From NCBI RefSeq assembly GCF_054482595.1, contig NZ_CM137008.1: 64,000 nucleotides of DNA; one strand, 5' to 3'. This document shows, piece after piece, positions 25,266 to 38,067 of the stretch. Within the stretch, counting starts at the first letter, position 1. Every line of letters starts with the position of its first letter. Position numbers and translations under genes: made by a program. A model generated the notes under the pieces. The model was given only the letters and a program-made list of their open reading frames with translations. It searched no databases and was not told where the DNA came from.

Positions 25266-27446
25266 ATGACAACTAAAAATATGAATACGCCACCAGGCAG
25301 CACTCAGGAAAATGAGATCGATCTGCTTCGTCTGGTCGGCGAGTTATGGGATCACCGTAAGTTTATTATCAGCGTGACCGCGTTATTCACGCTGATCGCT
25401 GTCGCTTACTCGCTGTTAAGCACACCAATTTATCAGGCAGATACTCTGGTCCAGGTTGAGCAAAAACAGGGCAACGCCATTCTCAGCGGCCTGAGTGATA
25501 TGATCCCTAACTCATCGCCCGAGTCTGCACCGGAGATCCAACTGCTGCAATCGCGCATGATTCTCGGTAAAACCATTGCTGAACTGAATCTGCGCGACAT
25601 GGTTGAGCAGAAGTATTTTCCGATTGTGGGTCGCGGCTGGGCGAGATTAACCAAAGAGAAACCAGGTGAGCTGGCGATCAGCTGGATGCATATTCCACAA
25701 CTGAATGGTCAGGATCAGCAACTGACACTCACGGTTGGGGAAAACGGCCACTATACGCTGGAAGGTGAAGAGTTCACCGTCAATGGTATGGTCGGCCAGC
25801 GTCTGGAAAAAGATGGCGTTGCGCTGACTATAGCGGATATTAAGGCCAAACCAGGAACACAGTTTGTCCTGAGCCAACGTACCGAACTGGAAGCGATTAA
25901 CGCGTTGCAGGAAACCTTTACCGTTAGCGAACGCAGTAAAGAAAGCGGGATGCTGGAACTTACCATGACCGGTGATGATCCCCAGTTGATTACCCGTATT
26001 CTGAACAGCATCGCTAACAACTATTTGCAACAGAATATCGCTCGCCAGGCGGCGCAGGATTCACAAAGCCTTGAATTCTTACAGCGCCAGTTGCCTGAAG
26101 TGCGCAGCGAGCTGGACCAGGCGGAAGAAAAACTCAACGTTTATCGCCAGCAGCGCGATTCGGTTGACCTTAACCTGGAAGCCAAAGCCGTTCTTGAGCA
26201 GATTGTGAACGTTGATAATCAACTCAATGAGCTGACCTTCCGCGAGGCAGAGATCTCCCAGCTGTATAAGAAAGATCACCCAACTTATCGTGCGCTGCTG
26301 GAAAAACGCCAGACGCTGGAGCAAGAACGCAAACGCCTGAATAAGCGGGTATCGGCTATGCCTTCCACCCAACAGGAAGTGTTGCGTTTAAGTCGTGACG
26401 TAGAAGCGGGCCGTGCGGTATATCTGCAATTACTTAACCGCCAGCAGGAGTTGAGTATTTCGAAATCCAGTGCCATTGGTAACGTGCGGATTATCGACCC
26501 GGCAGTCACTCAGCCGCAGCCAGTGAAACCGAAAAAAGCGTTGAACGTGGTGCTTGGTTTTATTCTTGGCCTGTTTATTTCGGTGGGTGCCGTGCTGGCG
26601 CGTGCGATGTTGCGTCGTGGTGTAGAAGCACCGGAACAACTGGAAGAGCACGGCATCAGCGTTTATGCCACTATCCCAATGTCCGAGTGGCTGGATAAAC
26701 GCACCCGTCTGCGTAAGAAAAATTTATTTTCTAATCAGCAGCGCCATCGTACTAAAAATATCCCCTTCCTGGCGGTGGATAACCCGGCGGATTCTGCTGT
26801 GGAAGCCGTACGTGCGCTACGAACCAGTCTGCATTTCGCTATGATGGAGACTGAGAATAACATTCTGATGATCACCGGTGCGACGCCAGACAGTGGTAAA
26901 ACATTTGTCAGTTCAACTCTGGCAGCGGTGATCGCCCAGTCCGATCAAAAAGTGTTATTTATTGATGCCGACTTACGCCGTGGTTATTCGCATAACCTGT
27001 TTACCGTGAGTAATGAACATGGCTTGTCGGAATATCTGGCAGGTAAAGATGAGCTCAACAAAGTGATCCAGCATTTTGGCAAAGGAGGCTTTGATGTGAT
27101 TACTCGCGGTCAGGTGCCACCTAACCCGTCTGAACTGCTGATGCGCGATCGGATGCGTCAATTACTGGAATGGGCGAACGACCATTACGATCTGGTGATT
27201 GTCGATACGCCGCCGATGCTGGCGGTGAGCGATGCTGCGGTCGTGGGGCGCTCTGTCGGCACCAGCCTGCTGGTTGCACGTTTTGGCCTGAACACCGCCA
27301 AAGAGGTGAGTTTGTCAATGCAGCGTCTGGAACAGGCAGGCGTCAATATTAAAGGCGCTATCCTCAATGGTGTGATTAAACGCGCCAGCACCGCTTACAG
27401 TTACGGCTATAACTATTACGGTTATAGTTACTCCGAGAAAGAGTAA
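25266..27446 (+). CDS. etk: Etk, BY-kinase (Wzc-like tyrosine autokinase), 726 aa
   Basis: Walker A GATPDSGKT, C-terminal Tyr cluster YSYGYNYYGYSYSEKE. Confidence 0.9.
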   Translation: MTTKNMNTPPGSTQENEIDLLRLVGELWDHRKFIISVTALFTLIAVAYSLLSTPIYQADTLVQVEQKQGNAILSGLSDMIPNSSPESAPEIQLLQSRMILGKTIAELNLRDMVEQKYFPIVGRGWARLTKEKPGELAISWMHIPQLNGQDQQLTLTVGENGHYTLEGEEFTVNGMVGQRLEKDGVALTIADIKAKPGTQFVLSQRTELEAINALQETFTVSERSKESGMLELTMTGDDPQLITRILNSIANNYLQQNIARQAAQDSQSLEFLQRQLPEVRSELDQAEEKLNVYRQQRDSVDLNLEAKAVLEQIVNVDNQLNELTFREAEISQLYKKDHPTYRALLEKRQTLEQERKRLNKRVSAMPSTQQEVLRLSRDVEAGRAVYLQLLNRQQELSISKSSAIGNVRIIDPAVTQPQPVKPKKALNVVLGFILGLFISVGAVLARAMLRRGVEAPEQLEEHGISVYATIPMSEWLDKRTRLRKKNLFSNQQRHRTKNIPFLAVDNPADSAVEAVRALRTSLHFAMMETENNILMITGATPDSGKTFVSSTLAAVIAQSDQKVLFIDADLRRGYSHNLFTVSNEHGLSEYLAGKDELNKVIQHFGKGGFDVITRGQVPPNPSELLMRDRMRQLLEWANDHYDLVIVDTPPMLAVSDAAVVGRSVGTSLLVARFGLNTAKEVSLSMQRLEQAGVNIKGAILNGVIKRASTAYSYGYNYYGYSYSEKE

Positions 27447-27460
27447 AACTGAAGGTAAAG

Positions 27461-27500
27461 TGACCGGATGCGGCGTGAACGCCTTTTCCGGTCTACGCAT
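27461..27500. repeat. REP-like palindromic element downstream of etk
   Basis: GACCGGATGCGGCGTGAACGCCTTTTCCGGTCTAC resembles the E. coli REP consensus. Confidence 0.5.
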
Positions 27501-27565
27501 TAGACAGTTCTTCGTTTGTCATCAGCCTCAGAGCATTCAGGTAGCTGAATGCTCTTTTTTATACA

Positions 27566-28870
27566 TTACAAACTGCACGCCGGTATGCGTGCTTCATTCA
27601 CGATTTGCGTAAAACCGGCCAACGAACACATGCCCTGCGCATTTCGCTCTTCACATCCTGCCAGGGTCAGTTTCACCTCTCCGGGCGGCGTATTTAATGA
27701 CAGCGGCGTTTTATCACGCATCTGCTGTAAAGTCTGGAAGACCAGCGAAACCTGAATCCACTGGCTGTTATCGCTTAGCCGACGCCAGCGTTCAAACACC
27801 AGTTCACCACCTGGCGGCGTGTTATCCGGCTGACCTGGAAGCGTCCAATTGAGCTCCAGTGCGCCGCCGAGATTTGCCAGATTAGTATCGTGTCCGGCGA
27901 TAAACAGCACTGAAGTGGGTAATGTCACACTATACGCCTGTTTTTGCGGTGGATGGGGCGTCAACGCTGTCATGATCAATTCCAACAACGGGGTGGCGCG
28001 GCTGCGGGCAACCTCTGGCGTGCGTTGTAGTAAATAAAATTGCGCGTTATGCAAACTTAGCAACGTGTTCCACTGGTGTGAATCAGTGATCCTTCCCCAC
28101 CCCGGCTCCGGCATTCCCTGTGCCTGTTGCAGGAGAAATATCTCCGTCAGCATTGATGCGAGGCTTACCGCACCGGTTAATGAGACATTGTCGGCGCTCA
28201 CCTTGAGTTCCGATGGTAATGCCTGCATTAATGAACAGCTTTCGTCCTGTTTCTCACGGTTAAGGCACAAGTTTGATTGCGGAAAATTAAGCACCCGTTC
28301 CAGTTCGCGAAACGCCGTTTGCCGATGCCCGGTAAAGTCAGCAATTGACCCTCCTGCCCTGCTGAGGATCGCGTCAGTCACGTTCGCGTTATCCAGTTGG
28401 CAAACGCCAGTTTTTAGAGGATTAAATAACGGATCGGGACTGGACGTATCTGCCTGGGTATGTACGGTTATTGCACAGTCAGGTGCCAGCCCGGCGGCGA
28501 AGGCTTCGCCTGTTTTACGGGTACGCTCGTCGACATCAGCAATAATCGCGACCTGACCAGGCTGCGGGCAGCCCTTTTTCGCCAGCAATCCGTCGGCTAC
28601 CAGACGCTGGCGTTGGTAATGTCCGAGATAGGCGATTAGCTCACCACCGCGCGGTGTCAGCCAACCTAGTTTTACCGGCCAGGTTGGCCATGCGTCTGGG
28701 GTGACATCCTGCATCAGTTGCGTGGCCTTGGTTGGGGCACGCACACCATGACGACTGACAATCACCACACTTTCCAGCTTCAGCTCCGGCTCCGGCTCAC
28801 TCTGAGCGAATGCAGATTGCGGGGTTAACGGAATCAGAAGAGATAAAAATGGGATCAAGATCGCTTTCAT
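27566..28870 (-). CDS. appA: AppA periplasmic acid phosphatase/phytase
   Basis: RHGVRAPT histidine acid phosphatase motif; start at MKAILIPFLSLLIPLTPQSAFA signal peptide. Confidence 0.9.
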   Translation of the reverse strand: MKAILIPFLSLLIPLTPQSAFAQSEPEPELKLESVVIVSRHGVRAPTKATQLMQDVTPDAWPTWPVKLGWLTPRGGELIAYLGHYQRQRLVADGLLAKKGCPQPGQVAIIADVDERTRKTGEAFAAGLAPDCAITVHTQADTSSPDPLFNPLKTGVCQLDNANVTDAILSRAGGSIADFTGHRQTAFRELERVLNFPQSNLCLNREKQDESCSLMQALPSELKVSADNVSLTGAVSLASMLTEIFLLQQAQGMPEPGWGRITDSHQWNTLLSLHNAQFYLLQRTPEVARSRATPLLELIMTALTPHPPQKQAYSVTLPTSVLFIAGHDTNLANLGGALELNWTLPGQPDNTPPGGELVFERWRRLSDNSQWIQVSLVFQTLQQMRDKTPLSLNTPPGEVKLTLAGCEERNAQGMCSLAGFTQIVNEARIPACSL

Positions 28871-28949
28871 CGATATGTTTCCGCTTTTCATATCCGACAT
28901 TATTGATTGCCTGATACGACGCTAATGCGCCGCATCAGACTTACGTTCG

Positions 28950-29042
28950 TTAACTTTTCAATCGCGGGTCCAGCCATACCAACACAAGGGTGGAGAGCGA
29001 ACACATCAACAAAATGCCGACGAACCAAAGTAAATACCACAT
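28950..29042 (-). CDS. appX: AppX (YccB) small membrane peptide (30 aa)
   Basis: Reverse translation MWYLLWFVGILLMCSLSTLVLVWLDPRL...; between appB and appA. Confidence 0.7.
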   Translation of the reverse strand: MWYLLWFVGILLMCSLSTLVLVWLDPRLKS

Positions 29043-29054
29043 TGTTCCTGCTCC

Positions 29055-30191
29055 TTAGTACAGCTCGTTTTCGTTACGGCGGAGAGTTTCTGTCGTCATG
29101 CGTCCCCACATTTTGTAGTAGCTCCAGAGAGTGTAGAGCAACACAATGGGCAAAAATATCAGCACGATTACCAACATAATGCTCAGCGTCAGCTGACTGG
29201 AAGTGCTGTCCCACAACGTCAGGCTGGAGATTGGACTCACGCTTGACGGCATGACAAAGGGGAACAGCGTGATGCCTGCCGTGAAAATCACGCCAAATTG
29301 CATCAATGACGCCATCAAAAATCCCCAACCCGGGCGACCACGATAAATCGCCATCACCGTCAGCAATGGGCAGAAGAACCCCAGCAGCGGGAAGATCCAC
29401 AAAACGGGCGACTCGACAAAATTATTCATCCAGGCACCAGGTAGCACTGCCACCAGTTTCATTAACGGATTGGAAGGACCGTTAGCATCCTGGGCGAGCA
29501 GTACAAAGCCATCAATACCGACCCACAGCCAGTAACCCGCCAGCAAAAAGCACAGCATCACCAGTAGTGCGGCGCGTTTAGTCGCCAGCTGTGAACGCAG
29601 ATGAATCACACCAACAGTTTTCAGTTGTAACCAGACGCCACCTTGCAAAATCACCATCCCAAGGCTGAGCAATCCGCACAATAAAGGGAATGGCGTCAGC
29701 AGTTGCCAGAAGGTGCCGAGATACTCCACGCGTAATTGCGGTGTGAAGGCAAACGGCACGCCGAGCAACAAGTTGCCGAAGGCGATACCGAAGACTACCG
29801 GCGGCACCAGACTGCCGATGACCAGACCGGCATCCCACATTTTACGCCAGCGTGCATCGGCGATTTTTCCGCGATAATCAAAGGCCAGCGGGCGGAAGAA
29901 CAGTGAGCACAGCACCAGGATCATCGCCACATAAAAGCCGGAAAACGCCGCTGCATACACTCTGGGCCAGGCGGCAAATAATGCCCCACCTGCGAGGATC
30001 AACCAGACCTGATTGCCTTCCCAGTGCGCACCAACGCTATTAATCACTATCCGGCGTTCATCATCATCACGCGCCACCAGCGGCAGCAAACAGCCAATCC
30101 CCATGTCAAATCCGTCGGAGATCATAAAGACCACCAGGATCACGCCAATCAGCAGCCACCAGATGAAGCGCAATGTTTCATAATCAAACAT
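29055..30191 (-). CDS. appB: Cytochrome bd-II oxidase subunit II AppB (378 aa)
   Basis: Polytopic membrane protein; operon position. Confidence 0.9.
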   Translation of the reverse strand: MFDYETLRFIWWLLIGVILVVFMISDGFDMGIGCLLPLVARDDDERRIVINSVGAHWEGNQVWLILAGGALFAAWPRVYAAAFSGFYVAMILVLCSLFFRPLAFDYRGKIADARWRKMWDAGLVIGSLVPPVVFGIAFGNLLLGVPFAFTPQLRVEYLGTFWQLLTPFPLLCGLLSLGMVILQGGVWLQLKTVGVIHLRSQLATKRAALLVMLCFLLAGYWLWVGIDGFVLLAQDANGPSNPLMKLVAVLPGAWMNNFVESPVLWIFPLLGFFCPLLTVMAIYRGRPGWGFLMASLMQFGVIFTAGITLFPFVMPSSVSPISSLTLWDSTSSQLTLSIMLVIVLIFLPIVLLYTLWSYYKMWGRMTTETLRRNENELY

Positions 30192-30202
30192 GATTTTCTC
30201 CT

Positions 30203-31747
30203 TTACCCCTGTTGCTGCGTCGGTTGTTCACTCTGCATCGCGCTCGGCCCCAGACGGGCATATTTCTGCATCAGGTAGACTTCGGCGATTAAGAACAGGG
30301 TGTAAAGCCCTACGATCATGATCAGTGAGAAAGCCAGTTGTCCTGTGGTTAAAGCGGAGTGCGCGGAGTATGTCGGTAAGATGTCCTGTATCGCCCACGG
30401 CTGACGACCAAACTCGGTCATAAACCACCCGGCTTCAATCGCAATCCACGGCAACGGCAAACTCCAGAGCGCCATTTTCAGCACCCAGCGATGCTGGTCG
30501 ATTTTGCCACGCAGCGTCTGGACAAGCGCAATCAGCATCACCAGTAGCAGCAGGGAACCACAGCCCACCATGATGCGGAAACTCCAGAATACCGGCGCAA
30601 CCTGAGGTATCGCGCCACGCATCGCCGCCTGGTACTGTGCGGCTGTGACATGATTCATATCCGGCGCATAGCGGGAGAGCAACATGCCGTAACCCAGGTC
30701 GCCTTCCAGCTCCCGGAATGCCTGCAACACATGCGGCTCACGATTGCCTTGCGATATTTCCTGCATTAACAGCCAGGCCATACGTCCGCGTTGCAAGCGT
30801 GGGTAGGTTTCAGCCATCAAATTCTTCAGACCCGGCACGGGTTTATCTAGTGAGTGAGTGGCGAGGATCCCTAACAGCGCGGGAATTTTGATGGCAAAGG
30901 CGTTACGCTCTTGATCCTGTTCCGGCCAGGCAACCACATGGAACGGTGCAGGAGCAGGTTCCGTTTGCCACTCCCCTTCCATCGCCGCCAGTTTTACCGG
31001 TTGTACTTGCGCGACTTCATACGCAGAACTGTCTCCGAGTTGCAGGGTACCGATAATCGCCAGAGTACCGAAGACGGAACCGATGGCAAACGAGCGTAAT
31101 GCGACATCGCGCTCCCGTCCGCGCAGTAAATACCAGGCGCTGATCGCCATAATAAACATGGCCCCGGTCACGTAGCCCGCCATTACGGTGTGCACAAATT
31201 TCACCTGGCTGACCGGGTTAAAGACCAGCTCGCTGAAGCTGGTCATCTCCATACGCAGGGTGTCGATATCAAAATGCGCACCGGTCGGGTATTGCATCCA
31301 ACCGTTGGCATTCAATATCCACAATGCAGAGAGATTTGAACCGAACGCCACCAGCCACGTCACCAGCAGGTGCTGGTATTTATTCAGCCGCTGCCAGCCG
31401 AAGAAGAAAAGCCCGACAAAGGTGGATTCGAGGAAGAAGGCCATTAATGCTTCCATCGCCAGCGGTGCGCCAAAAATATCGCCCACATAGTTGGAATAGA
31501 ATGACCAGTTAGTACCAAACTGAAACTCCATGGTCAGGCCGGTAGCCACGCCAAGAGCAAAGTTGATACCGAAGAGCTTACCCCAGAAGCGCGTCATATC
31601 GCGGTAGATTGTTTTGCCGGTGACCACGTAAATGGTTTCCATGATAGCCAGCAAAAAAATCAGCCCCAGGGTAAGGGGTACAAATAAAAAGTGATACAGC
31701 GCGGTCAGAGCAAACTGCCAGCGCGATAAATCAATGACATCCCACAT
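30203..31747 (-). CDS. appC: Cytochrome bd-II oxidase subunit I AppC (514 aa)
   Basis: Start at [15 protein letters not shown]; Q-loop-bearing subunit I. Confidence 0.9.
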   Translation of the reverse strand: MWDVIDLSRWQFALTALYHFLFVPLTLGLIFLLAIMETIYVVTGKTIYRDMTRFWGKLFGINFALGVATGLTMEFQFGTNWSFYSNYVGDIFGAPLAMEALMAFFLESTFVGLFFFGWQRLNKYQHLLVTWLVAFGSNLSALWILNANGWMQYPTGAHFDIDTLRMEMTSFSELVFNPVSQVKFVHTVMAGYVTGAMFIMAISAWYLLRGRERDVALRSFAIGSVFGTLAIIGTLQLGDSSAYEVAQVQPVKLAAMEGEWQTEPAPAPFHVVAWPEQDQERNAFAIKIPALLGILATHSLDKPVPGLKNLMAETYPRLQRGRMAWLLMQEISQGNREPHVLQAFRELEGDLGYGMLLSRYAPDMNHVTAAQYQAAMRGAIPQVAPVFWSFRIMVGCGSLLLLVMLIALVQTLRGKIDQHRWVLKMALWSLPLPWIAIEAGWFMTEFGRQPWAIQDILPTYSAHSALTTGQLAFSLIMIVGLYTLFLIAEVYLMQKYARLGPSAMQSEQPTQQQG

Positions 31748-31880
31748 GCGCACTCCTGTAGGCGAAGAGAGAAAAATAACCCGATAATGGTAGATCTCCC
31801 TCTTTATCCTGAAACTCTACGACCAGAGGTATTCGCCGATTGCGATATTCATAAGCCTGAAAGCGATACTTACCGTCTTT

Positions 31881-32738
31881 TTACGTCGGTGCAGCTTCCG
31901 CCAGCCACTGACATACCTCGCTAAGCCGCTGCGCAGAGTCGACCAAATCTTCTGGCGCTGCCAGCACCACTTCCGGTATTGGGCAGATTTCATAACTTTC
32001 CAGTAACGGGCCTTTTAAGGTGTCCGTACAGCGTAAATGCCAGACATGGCGTAACCCCGTGGCGTTGATATAGCTCTCGCCATAGCCAATGGTACGAATC
32101 TGAATATTTCCCGGCCCACAGAGACGTGAGAGAAAAAGCCGATCAGCCTCGCTGATGGGTAATTGCGTCAGATTAATGCTGTGCGGCTGCGCGTCGGGGT
32201 TACGTACATGCGCCAGTAACTCATGCGCCAACGGTAGGCCATTCATCAGGCCATCAATGGGCGGCGGTAACAGCGAATCTGTCGGCAAGAGATTTTGCGT
32301 TGCCGCCTGCCACAACGCCAGCGGCGCGCAGCCGGCCTCCAGTTTGTCCTCCAGCAACTTTTCGCCGCGACGTCTGCGCACCCGCCATAATCCGCAGAAG
32401 ATCGCCTCCTGTATTTCACTTTCGCTGTCGTCAGCCTGCTGAATGCGCACTGACACTTCCCCTTCCCCGAGAAGCGTATTGATAAAGTGACGATCGTCGG
32501 CGTTGAGATTTAACAGATCGACTGCCAGCACCTCGCCCAACGGCGGCTGGCGTTGACTTAGTTGATGTTGTAACTCGTTTAACAGCGCAATCACCTGCGG
32601 GCTGTGAGCACATTGCTCCAGGGCCGCCATACTCGGTTCATCATTCACCTGACAGGTGATCGGCAGTGGATTCATGCTGAAACTGTCATCGTTCGGTTGC
32701 GTTCCTGGCCCCAGCAGATGGAAAAAAGTTTCGCTCAT
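31881..32738 (-). CDS. hyaF: Hydrogenase-1 operon protein HyaF (285 aa)
   Basis: Start at [14 protein letters not shown]; overlaps hyaE. Confidence 0.9.
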   Translation of the reverse strand: MSETFFHLLGPGTQPNDDSFSMNPLPITCQVNDEPSMAALEQCAHSPQVIALLNELQHQLSQRQPPLGEVLAVDLLNLNADDRHFINTLLGEGEVSVRIQQADDSESEIQEAIFCGLWRVRRRRGEKLLEDKLEAGCAPLALWQAATQNLLPTDSLLPPPIDGLMNGLPLAHELLAHVRNPDAQPHSINLTQLPISEADRLFLSRLCGPGNIQIRTIGYGESYINATGLRHVWHLRCTDTLKGPLLESYEICPIPEVVLAAPEDLVDSAQRLSEVCQWLAEAAPT

Positions 32739-33133
32739 GAGGCACGCTCCTGTTGTGGTTCGACAAGCCCACGCATCAGGTTTATCAGTTCCGCCCACGG
32801 GTGAATACCATTCAGCACGCCGCGATAGTTTCCGCCGGTAAACACTAATGTGGCGGGAAAGCGAAAGACGCCAAAGCGATCGCCGATGGCTTCGCTCTGT
32901 TCAAGGTCAGCAATCGCCACCTGCCATGTGTAGTCGGGAAACTCGCGCAGTAATTCGCCAATCATTACCGGATTATCGCTGACCTCTGGCGTGCGTTTCG
33001 GGTCACTGCTTAATAACACCACACCGTCTGGCGCTTGCGTAAGCCAGTCGTCAAGACGGAATTCACTAACCGGCGTCCAGCCGCGCGCCAGCATTCGTTG
33101 CCACAACGCATCAAATGGCGTGTCGTTGCTCAT
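32735..33133 (-). CDS. hyaE: Hydrogenase-1 operon protein HyaE (132 aa)
   Basis: Operon order and size. Confidence 0.9.
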   Translation of the reverse strand: MSNDTPFDALWQRMLARGWTPVSEFRLDDWLTQAPDGVVLLSSDPKRTPEVSDNPVMIGELLREFPDYTWQVAIADLEQSEAIGDRFGVFRFPATLVFTGGNYRGVLNGIHPWAELINLMRGLVEPQQERAS

Positions 33134-33717
33134 CCCTGCTCCTCCAGTGTCATCCTGTACTGGCGCAAGCGAACGCCTTCGTAATTTTCCATCGACAGAC
33201 AGTCATAATTGAGACAGCGCGATTCATTAGCCGGTTGCGGCACAATTCCCCATGCAGCCAGCTGCGCCAGCGCCGCCTGTTCTGCTGCGGGCAGTTGCTC
33301 CCGTGCCAGTTCGCTCAGGCTGCCGCCGTAGTCGTCGAGCATTGCGGGTTGCAGACCGACGAGGGCAATATGTGCTGGCAGATGTCCGCGGATATCTGCC
33401 AGCGCCAGCACTTCGGAGAAACTGTTCTGGTGCAGGCTCATTTTCTTCGCGCTGAGATAAGCCGGAATACGTTCTCCGGCATAGGTTCGCAGCGTTCCAG
33501 GTTCCAGCCCGTAGTCAATGGCATCGAGAATCAACAGATGGCTGGCGCTTTCGACATACCCCAGCAAGTTCAGTCCCTGAGTACCGCCATCGACAATCTC
33601 CACATACTCGGGCCAGTGGTAATGGGCATACAACCGTTCCGCCACCCGCACGCCGAAACCTTCATCGGCCCACAGCAGGTTGCCCAGCCCCATTACCACC
33701 ACGCGTTGCTCGCTCAT
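33130..33717 (-). CDS. hyaD: Hydrogenase-1 maturation protease HyaD (195 aa)
   Basis: Operon order and size. Confidence 0.9.
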   Translation of the reverse strand: MSEQRVVVMGLGNLLWADEGFGVRVAERLYAHYHWPEYVEIVDGGTQGLNLLGYVESASHLLILDAIDYGLEPGTLRTYAGERIPAYLSAKKMSLHQNSFSEVLALADIRGHLPAHIALVGLQPAMLDDYGGSLSELAREQLPAAEQAALAQLAAWGIVPQPANESRCLNYDCLSMENYEGVRLRQYRMTLEEQG

Positions 33718-34421
33718 GAACGCTCCTTGTTACTTATTTTGCCAAATTTGTGGCTACGGTAGCCGTTGACCATGGTGGAGATCACCGTGTCGTCGGACAT
33801 GATGTCTTCACGCAGCGCCATATAGACATGACCGATCACAAACGCGCCAATCAGCCACATCCCCAGCCGATGCCAGCTGTGAATGTCCATTGAGTTGCCT
33901 CCCGTCCAGTAGAAAAATTCCACCACATAACGGAACGGCGCAAAAATAGCGTACTGGCTGTGTTCGCTGTACAGCGCAAAGCCGGTGATGATCATAAAGA
34001 CCGACATCAGGAAATAGCCGAACATCGCCGCCTGGGCGATGGGGTTATGGCCTATATCGGCACTCGGACGTTTTGCCAGAAACAGATACCAGCGGATTTC
34101 ATACCACACGCCCTGCCACCAGCTTTTACGCCATACCGGCACGATAAACAGCTCGCGGGAGTATCGATTGCCAACAAAAGCCCAGTAGATCCGCATCAGC
34201 AAGACCACGGTAAAAACCATCCCGGCGCTGAAGTGAATTAACCTGATGTAGCCCATATAGAACAGATACGTCGCCTCGCCGCTGACGGAAGGTAGCGGCT
34301 TGCCGATAAAGTATCCGGTGACCATCAATACCGCCATGCATAACACCGTCAGCCAGTGCCAGATGCGGACTGGCGCTTCAAAGACATAGTGGCTGACAAC
34401 GTTGTCGCTTTTCTGTTGCAT
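33714..34421 (-). CDS. hyaC: Hydrogenase-1 cytochrome b subunit HyaC (235 aa)
   Basis: Four TM helices; operon order. Confidence 0.9.
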   Translation of the reverse strand: MQQKSDNVVSHYVFEAPVRIWHWLTVLCMAVLMVTGYFIGKPLPSVSGEATYLFYMGYIRLIHFSAGMVFTVVLLMRIYWAFVGNRYSRELFIVPVWRKSWWQGVWYEIRWYLFLAKRPSADIGHNPIAQAAMFGYFLMSVFMIITGFALYSEHSQYAIFAPFRYVVEFFYWTGGNSMDIHSWHRLGMWLIGAFVIGHVYMALREDIMSDDTVISTMVNGYRSHKFGKISNKERS

Positions 34422-34439
34422 GATGATTCTCCTTCGCTG

Positions 34440-36233
34440 TTAACGCACCTGCACGGAGATCAGCTCGCTACCGTCGTCGCCCAGCACGTGTGTTGAACAG
34501 GCGAGGCACGGATCAAAGCTGTGCAGAGTACGCAGGATCTCCAGCGGTTGCTCGGGGATCGCCATTTTGGTATTCATCAGCGCCGCTTCATAAGCGCCAA
34601 TCTGCCCTTTGGGATCGCGCGGGCTGGCGTTCCAGGTGGTCGGCACCACGCACTGGTAGAGATCAATCTTGCCATCGCGAATGGCGGCCCAGTGGCCTAA
34701 CGCCCCGCGCGGCGCTTCGGTAAAGCCGACGCCACGGCACTCTGTCGGCCAGGTTGTGGGTTCCCATTTTTCCGTGGAGGCGGTGGCAAGATTGCCGTTT
34801 TTCAGGTTAGTCATCAGCTTGTTGAAGAAATACTGCAACTTACCTGCGGCCCACTGTGCTTCGTGCGCGCGGCACAAAATGCGGCCCAACGTTGACTGGA
34901 TACCGGAAAGCGGCAGGTTCAGCGCCGACATCATGCGATCGACCGACTCAACGGTCGCAGCATCGCCTTTGTGATAAGCGATTAACGTGCGTGCCAGCGG
35001 CCCCACTTCCATCGCGTTACCGCGCCAGCGCGGCGCTTTGATCCACGAGTAGCGTTCCTGTTCATTCAGCTGCTGAATGTTGGTATCGCTGCCTTTGACA
35101 TCGCCGGGGTTGTACCACGGGTCGGTAATGCCATCGAATGGATGACGCCCGACCTGATCGTTGGGATAACGATACCAGGCGTGATCGACAAACTCCTGCA
35201 CCTGCTGCGGATCAACCAAATCCACTGGCAGCACATTGTTGAAGTCGCCGTTAATCACCGCGCCGCCAGGCATCAGCAGACTTTTCTCACCAAAGTCGTT
35301 GGCAATATCCGGGAATGCGCCGTAGCTGAGGACACATTTATCAGAAAGACCCGTGCCGATTTCACTCCACGGTTTGTTGAACTGACCGATGGCTAAGGCG
35401 TCGGGGATCATCACGTTGTTAATGAAATCCGCCGTGCGGGTGATAATCGACTGCACCAGGTTCAGGCGTTCCATATTGACCGCCCCGACCGCGCCGCTTT
35501 CGTCAATGTTAATGGCGCAAGGCATCCCGCCGACAATCCAGTTTGGATGCGGGTTTTTACCGCCAAAGACCGCGTGGATTTTGACAATTTCACGCTGGAA
35601 ATCGAGAGCTTCGAGATAGTGGGCAAAGCCCATCAGGTTAGCTTCTGGCGGCAGTTTGTACTGCGGGTGCCCCCAGTAGCCATTGCGGAAGATCCCCAAC
35701 TGCCCGCCTTCAACGAATTTCTTCAGGCGGTTTTGTACGTCGAAGAAATAGCCAGGGGATGATTTCGGCCAAGAGGAGAGACTTTGCGCCAGTTCGGAGG
35801 TTTTCCGCGGGTCGGCTTTCAGCGCATCCAACACATCGATCCAGTCCATCCCGGCAAGCTGATAGAAGTGCACCAGATGATCGTGGCACCAGAGCGTTGC
35901 CAGCATAATGTTGCGGATGATATTGGCGTTGTCCGGCACTTTAATACCGATGGCATCTTCGATGGCGTAAACCGAAGCCAGAGCGTGTACGCCAGTACAG
36001 ACGCCGCAGATACGTTCAACGAACGCCCACGCATCGCGCGGGTCGCGCCCTTGCAGGATGATCTCCAGCCCGCGAAACATGGTGCCGCAGGAGACGGCAT
36101 TGGTGATTACATTCTGATCGTTAATATTCACTTCGCAGCGCATGTGGCCTTCAATGCGCGTAATCGGGTCGACCACCAGGCGGCGTCCGGCATTATTGAT
36201 GGTGTATCCCTGAGTTTCGTACTGAGTGCTCAT
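34440..36233 (-). CDS. hyaB: [NiFe] hydrogenase-1 large subunit HyaB (597 aa)
   Basis: N-terminal RICGVC and C-terminal DPCLAC nickel-binding motifs. Confidence 0.95.
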   Translation of the reverse strand: MSTQYETQGYTINNAGRRLVVDPITRIEGHMRCEVNINDQNVITNAVSCGTMFRGLEIILQGRDPRDAWAFVERICGVCTGVHALASVYAIEDAIGIKVPDNANIIRNIMLATLWCHDHLVHFYQLAGMDWIDVLDALKADPRKTSELAQSLSSWPKSSPGYFFDVQNRLKKFVEGGQLGIFRNGYWGHPQYKLPPEANLMGFAHYLEALDFQREIVKIHAVFGGKNPHPNWIVGGMPCAINIDESGAVGAVNMERLNLVQSIITRTADFINNVMIPDALAIGQFNKPWSEIGTGLSDKCVLSYGAFPDIANDFGEKSLLMPGGAVINGDFNNVLPVDLVDPQQVQEFVDHAWYRYPNDQVGRHPFDGITDPWYNPGDVKGSDTNIQQLNEQERYSWIKAPRWRGNAMEVGPLARTLIAYHKGDAATVESVDRMMSALNLPLSGIQSTLGRILCRAHEAQWAAGKLQYFFNKLMTNLKNGNLATASTEKWEPTTWPTECRGVGFTEAPRGALGHWAAIRDGKIDLYQCVVPTTWNASPRDPKGQIGAYEAALMNTKMAIPEQPLEILRTLHSFDPCLACSTHVLGDDGSELISVQVR

Positions 36234-37348
36234 GCCTGTTTATCCTCATTGCCTGGCTGATGTTCGGTTTCTGTAGGTTGCTGATTATGACGTCTGCGCT
36301 GGTCAACGGCGCTGGCGACTGCGTGCACACCAACAGCCGCTGCCACCACACCAAGCGCGGTTAAACCGACGGTATCGGCGGTGGAATGAGTACCCATTTG
36401 TGGAATATCGACCACGCGGCTGTAGAACGAACCGCGATCCCAGAAACCATTTTCCGCACAGCCCAGGCAGCCGTGACCAGACTGGATTGGGAAAGAAACG
36501 CCATCATTCCAGCGTGTGGAGGAACAGGCGTTATAGGTGGTAGGCCCTTTGCAGCCCATTTTGTACAGGCAATAACCTTTGCGGGCAGCGTCATCATCCC
36601 AACTCTGGACGAACTCTCCGGCGTCGAAGTGAGCGCGGCGATAGCATTTATCGTGGATACGCTGACCATAAAACATCAGTGGACGACCCATTCTGTCGAC
36701 ATCTGGCAAGCGATCAAAGGTCACCATGTAAGTAATGATGGCGCTCATCACATCCGGGATCGGCGGGCAGCCAGGTACTTTGATAATGGGTTTGTCGGTG
36801 ATGACTTTGTCGATAGGCGTTGCCTGTGTCGGATTAGGTCGCGCGGCCTGCACGCAGCCCCAGGACGCGCAGGTTCCCCAGGCGATAATCGCGCTGGCTC
36901 CGGCAGCGGCACGTTTGAGTTTCTCAATAAACGGTCGTCCGCTGCTGATACAGAACATCCCCTGCTCGCCCAGCGGCGGATTACCTTCTACTGCGAGGAT
37001 ATATTTGCCATTGTATTGCGTGATGATGTCTTCAAAGACTTCTTCCGCCTGGGTTCCGGCGGCAGCCATCAAAGTATCGTCATAATCGAGGGAAATCAGG
37101 GAAAGGATGACGTCCTTTGCCAGCGGGTGAGCGGAGCGGATAAAAGATTCGGTACAGCAGGTGCATTCCAGACCGTGGATCCATACCACTGGAATGCGGG
37201 GTTTATTCTCCAGCGCCCAGGCAATCTTTGGTGCCATTCCCGCGCCTAATCCCAGCGACGTGGCAGCCAGACTACAATATTTGAGAAAGCTGCGCCGGGT
37301 AACGCCCTGACGCCGCATGGCCTGGTAAAATGTTTCCTCGTTATTCAT
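36230..37348 (-). CDS. hyaA: [NiFe] hydrogenase-1 small subunit HyaA (372 aa)
   Basis: Tat signal RRSFLK; Fe-S Cys motifs; start at [16 protein letters not shown]. Confidence 0.95.
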   Translation of the reverse strand: MNNEETFYQAMRRQGVTRRSFLKYCSLAATSLGLGAGMAPKIAWALENKPRIPVVWIHGLECTCCTESFIRSAHPLAKDVILSLISLDYDDTLMAAAGTQAEEVFEDIITQYNGKYILAVEGNPPLGEQGMFCISSGRPFIEKLKRAAAGASAIIAWGTCASWGCVQAARPNPTQATPIDKVITDKPIIKVPGCPPIPDVMSAIITYMVTFDRLPDVDRMGRPLMFYGQRIHDKCYRRAHFDAGEFVQSWDDDAARKGYCLYKMGCKGPTTYNACSSTRWNDGVSFPIQSGHGCLGCAENGFWDRGSFYSRVVDIPQMGTHSTADTVGLTALGVVAAAVGVHAVASAVDQRRRHNQQPTETEHQPGNEDKQA

Positions 37349-37773
37349 ATCGCACGTCTCTCCTCCTTGCGACACCGGCAGGACACCGGGCGCACATGGT
37401 CGGCAAGCGACGTCCCTGTAGCAAGGCAAACCATCGCTTCACGTGAGATGCTGAAAACGAAAGCTCATCCTTCTGCACTGGCGCACGTCGCCAGAAAGTA
37501 ATGTTAATAAAGCGTAGTGAAACTTTTGCACAAAACAATACAAACTGTGTGGATTTATCTTTTAGCGATAAAAATGGACCTATTTTTCTTTTTACCGGGC
37601 GGTGGGATGTTTAGCCTGTTGCTAAACGAGTAAAAGAGAAGGAATTCATGGTGATGAAATGATCAATCTGCTGTTATTTCACGCTATCAATGCACTTTTG
37701 GCTGTTTTTCAGGCAAACAAACAAATTAGGGGTTTACACGCCGCATCGGGATGTTTATAGTGCGCGTCATTCC

Positions 37774-37861
37774 GGAAGTGTGGCCGAGCGGTTGAAGGCA
37801 CCGGTCTTGAAAACCGGCGACCCGAAAGGGTTCCAGAGTTCGAATCTCTGCGCTTCCGCCA
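37774..37861 (+). tRNA. serT: tRNA-Ser (anticodon UGA), 88 nt with CCA end
   Basis: GGAAGTGTGGCCGAGCGGTTGAAGGCACCGGTCTTGAAAACCGG...CGCTTCCGCCA; long variable arm; matches E. coli serT. Confidence 0.95.
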
Positions 37862-38067
37862 GATAAGATAAGGGGTTAGCTAAATGCTAACCCCTTTTTC
37901 TTTTGCCTGTCGAAATTCTCAGGGCGTTATATTTGCTTAATGACCTGATAATCCGCTGTTAAACCTGTTCCAGATCAAATGCGTAAAGATGGGTAAAACT
38001 TCTGGGTGCCCTTACGCATTATCATTATGCTGCTTAATTAATTACATCTGTCATAGAGAGTGACTCA

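Noticed and set aside
33115-33762. 215-aa ORF on + strand
   Set aside because: Antisense to hyaD/hyaE in a tightly packed operon; no independent support.
36386-37249. 287-aa ORF on + strand
   Set aside because: Lies entirely antisense within hyaA, whose translation matches the hydrogenase-1 small subunit; typical GC-rich antisense open frame.
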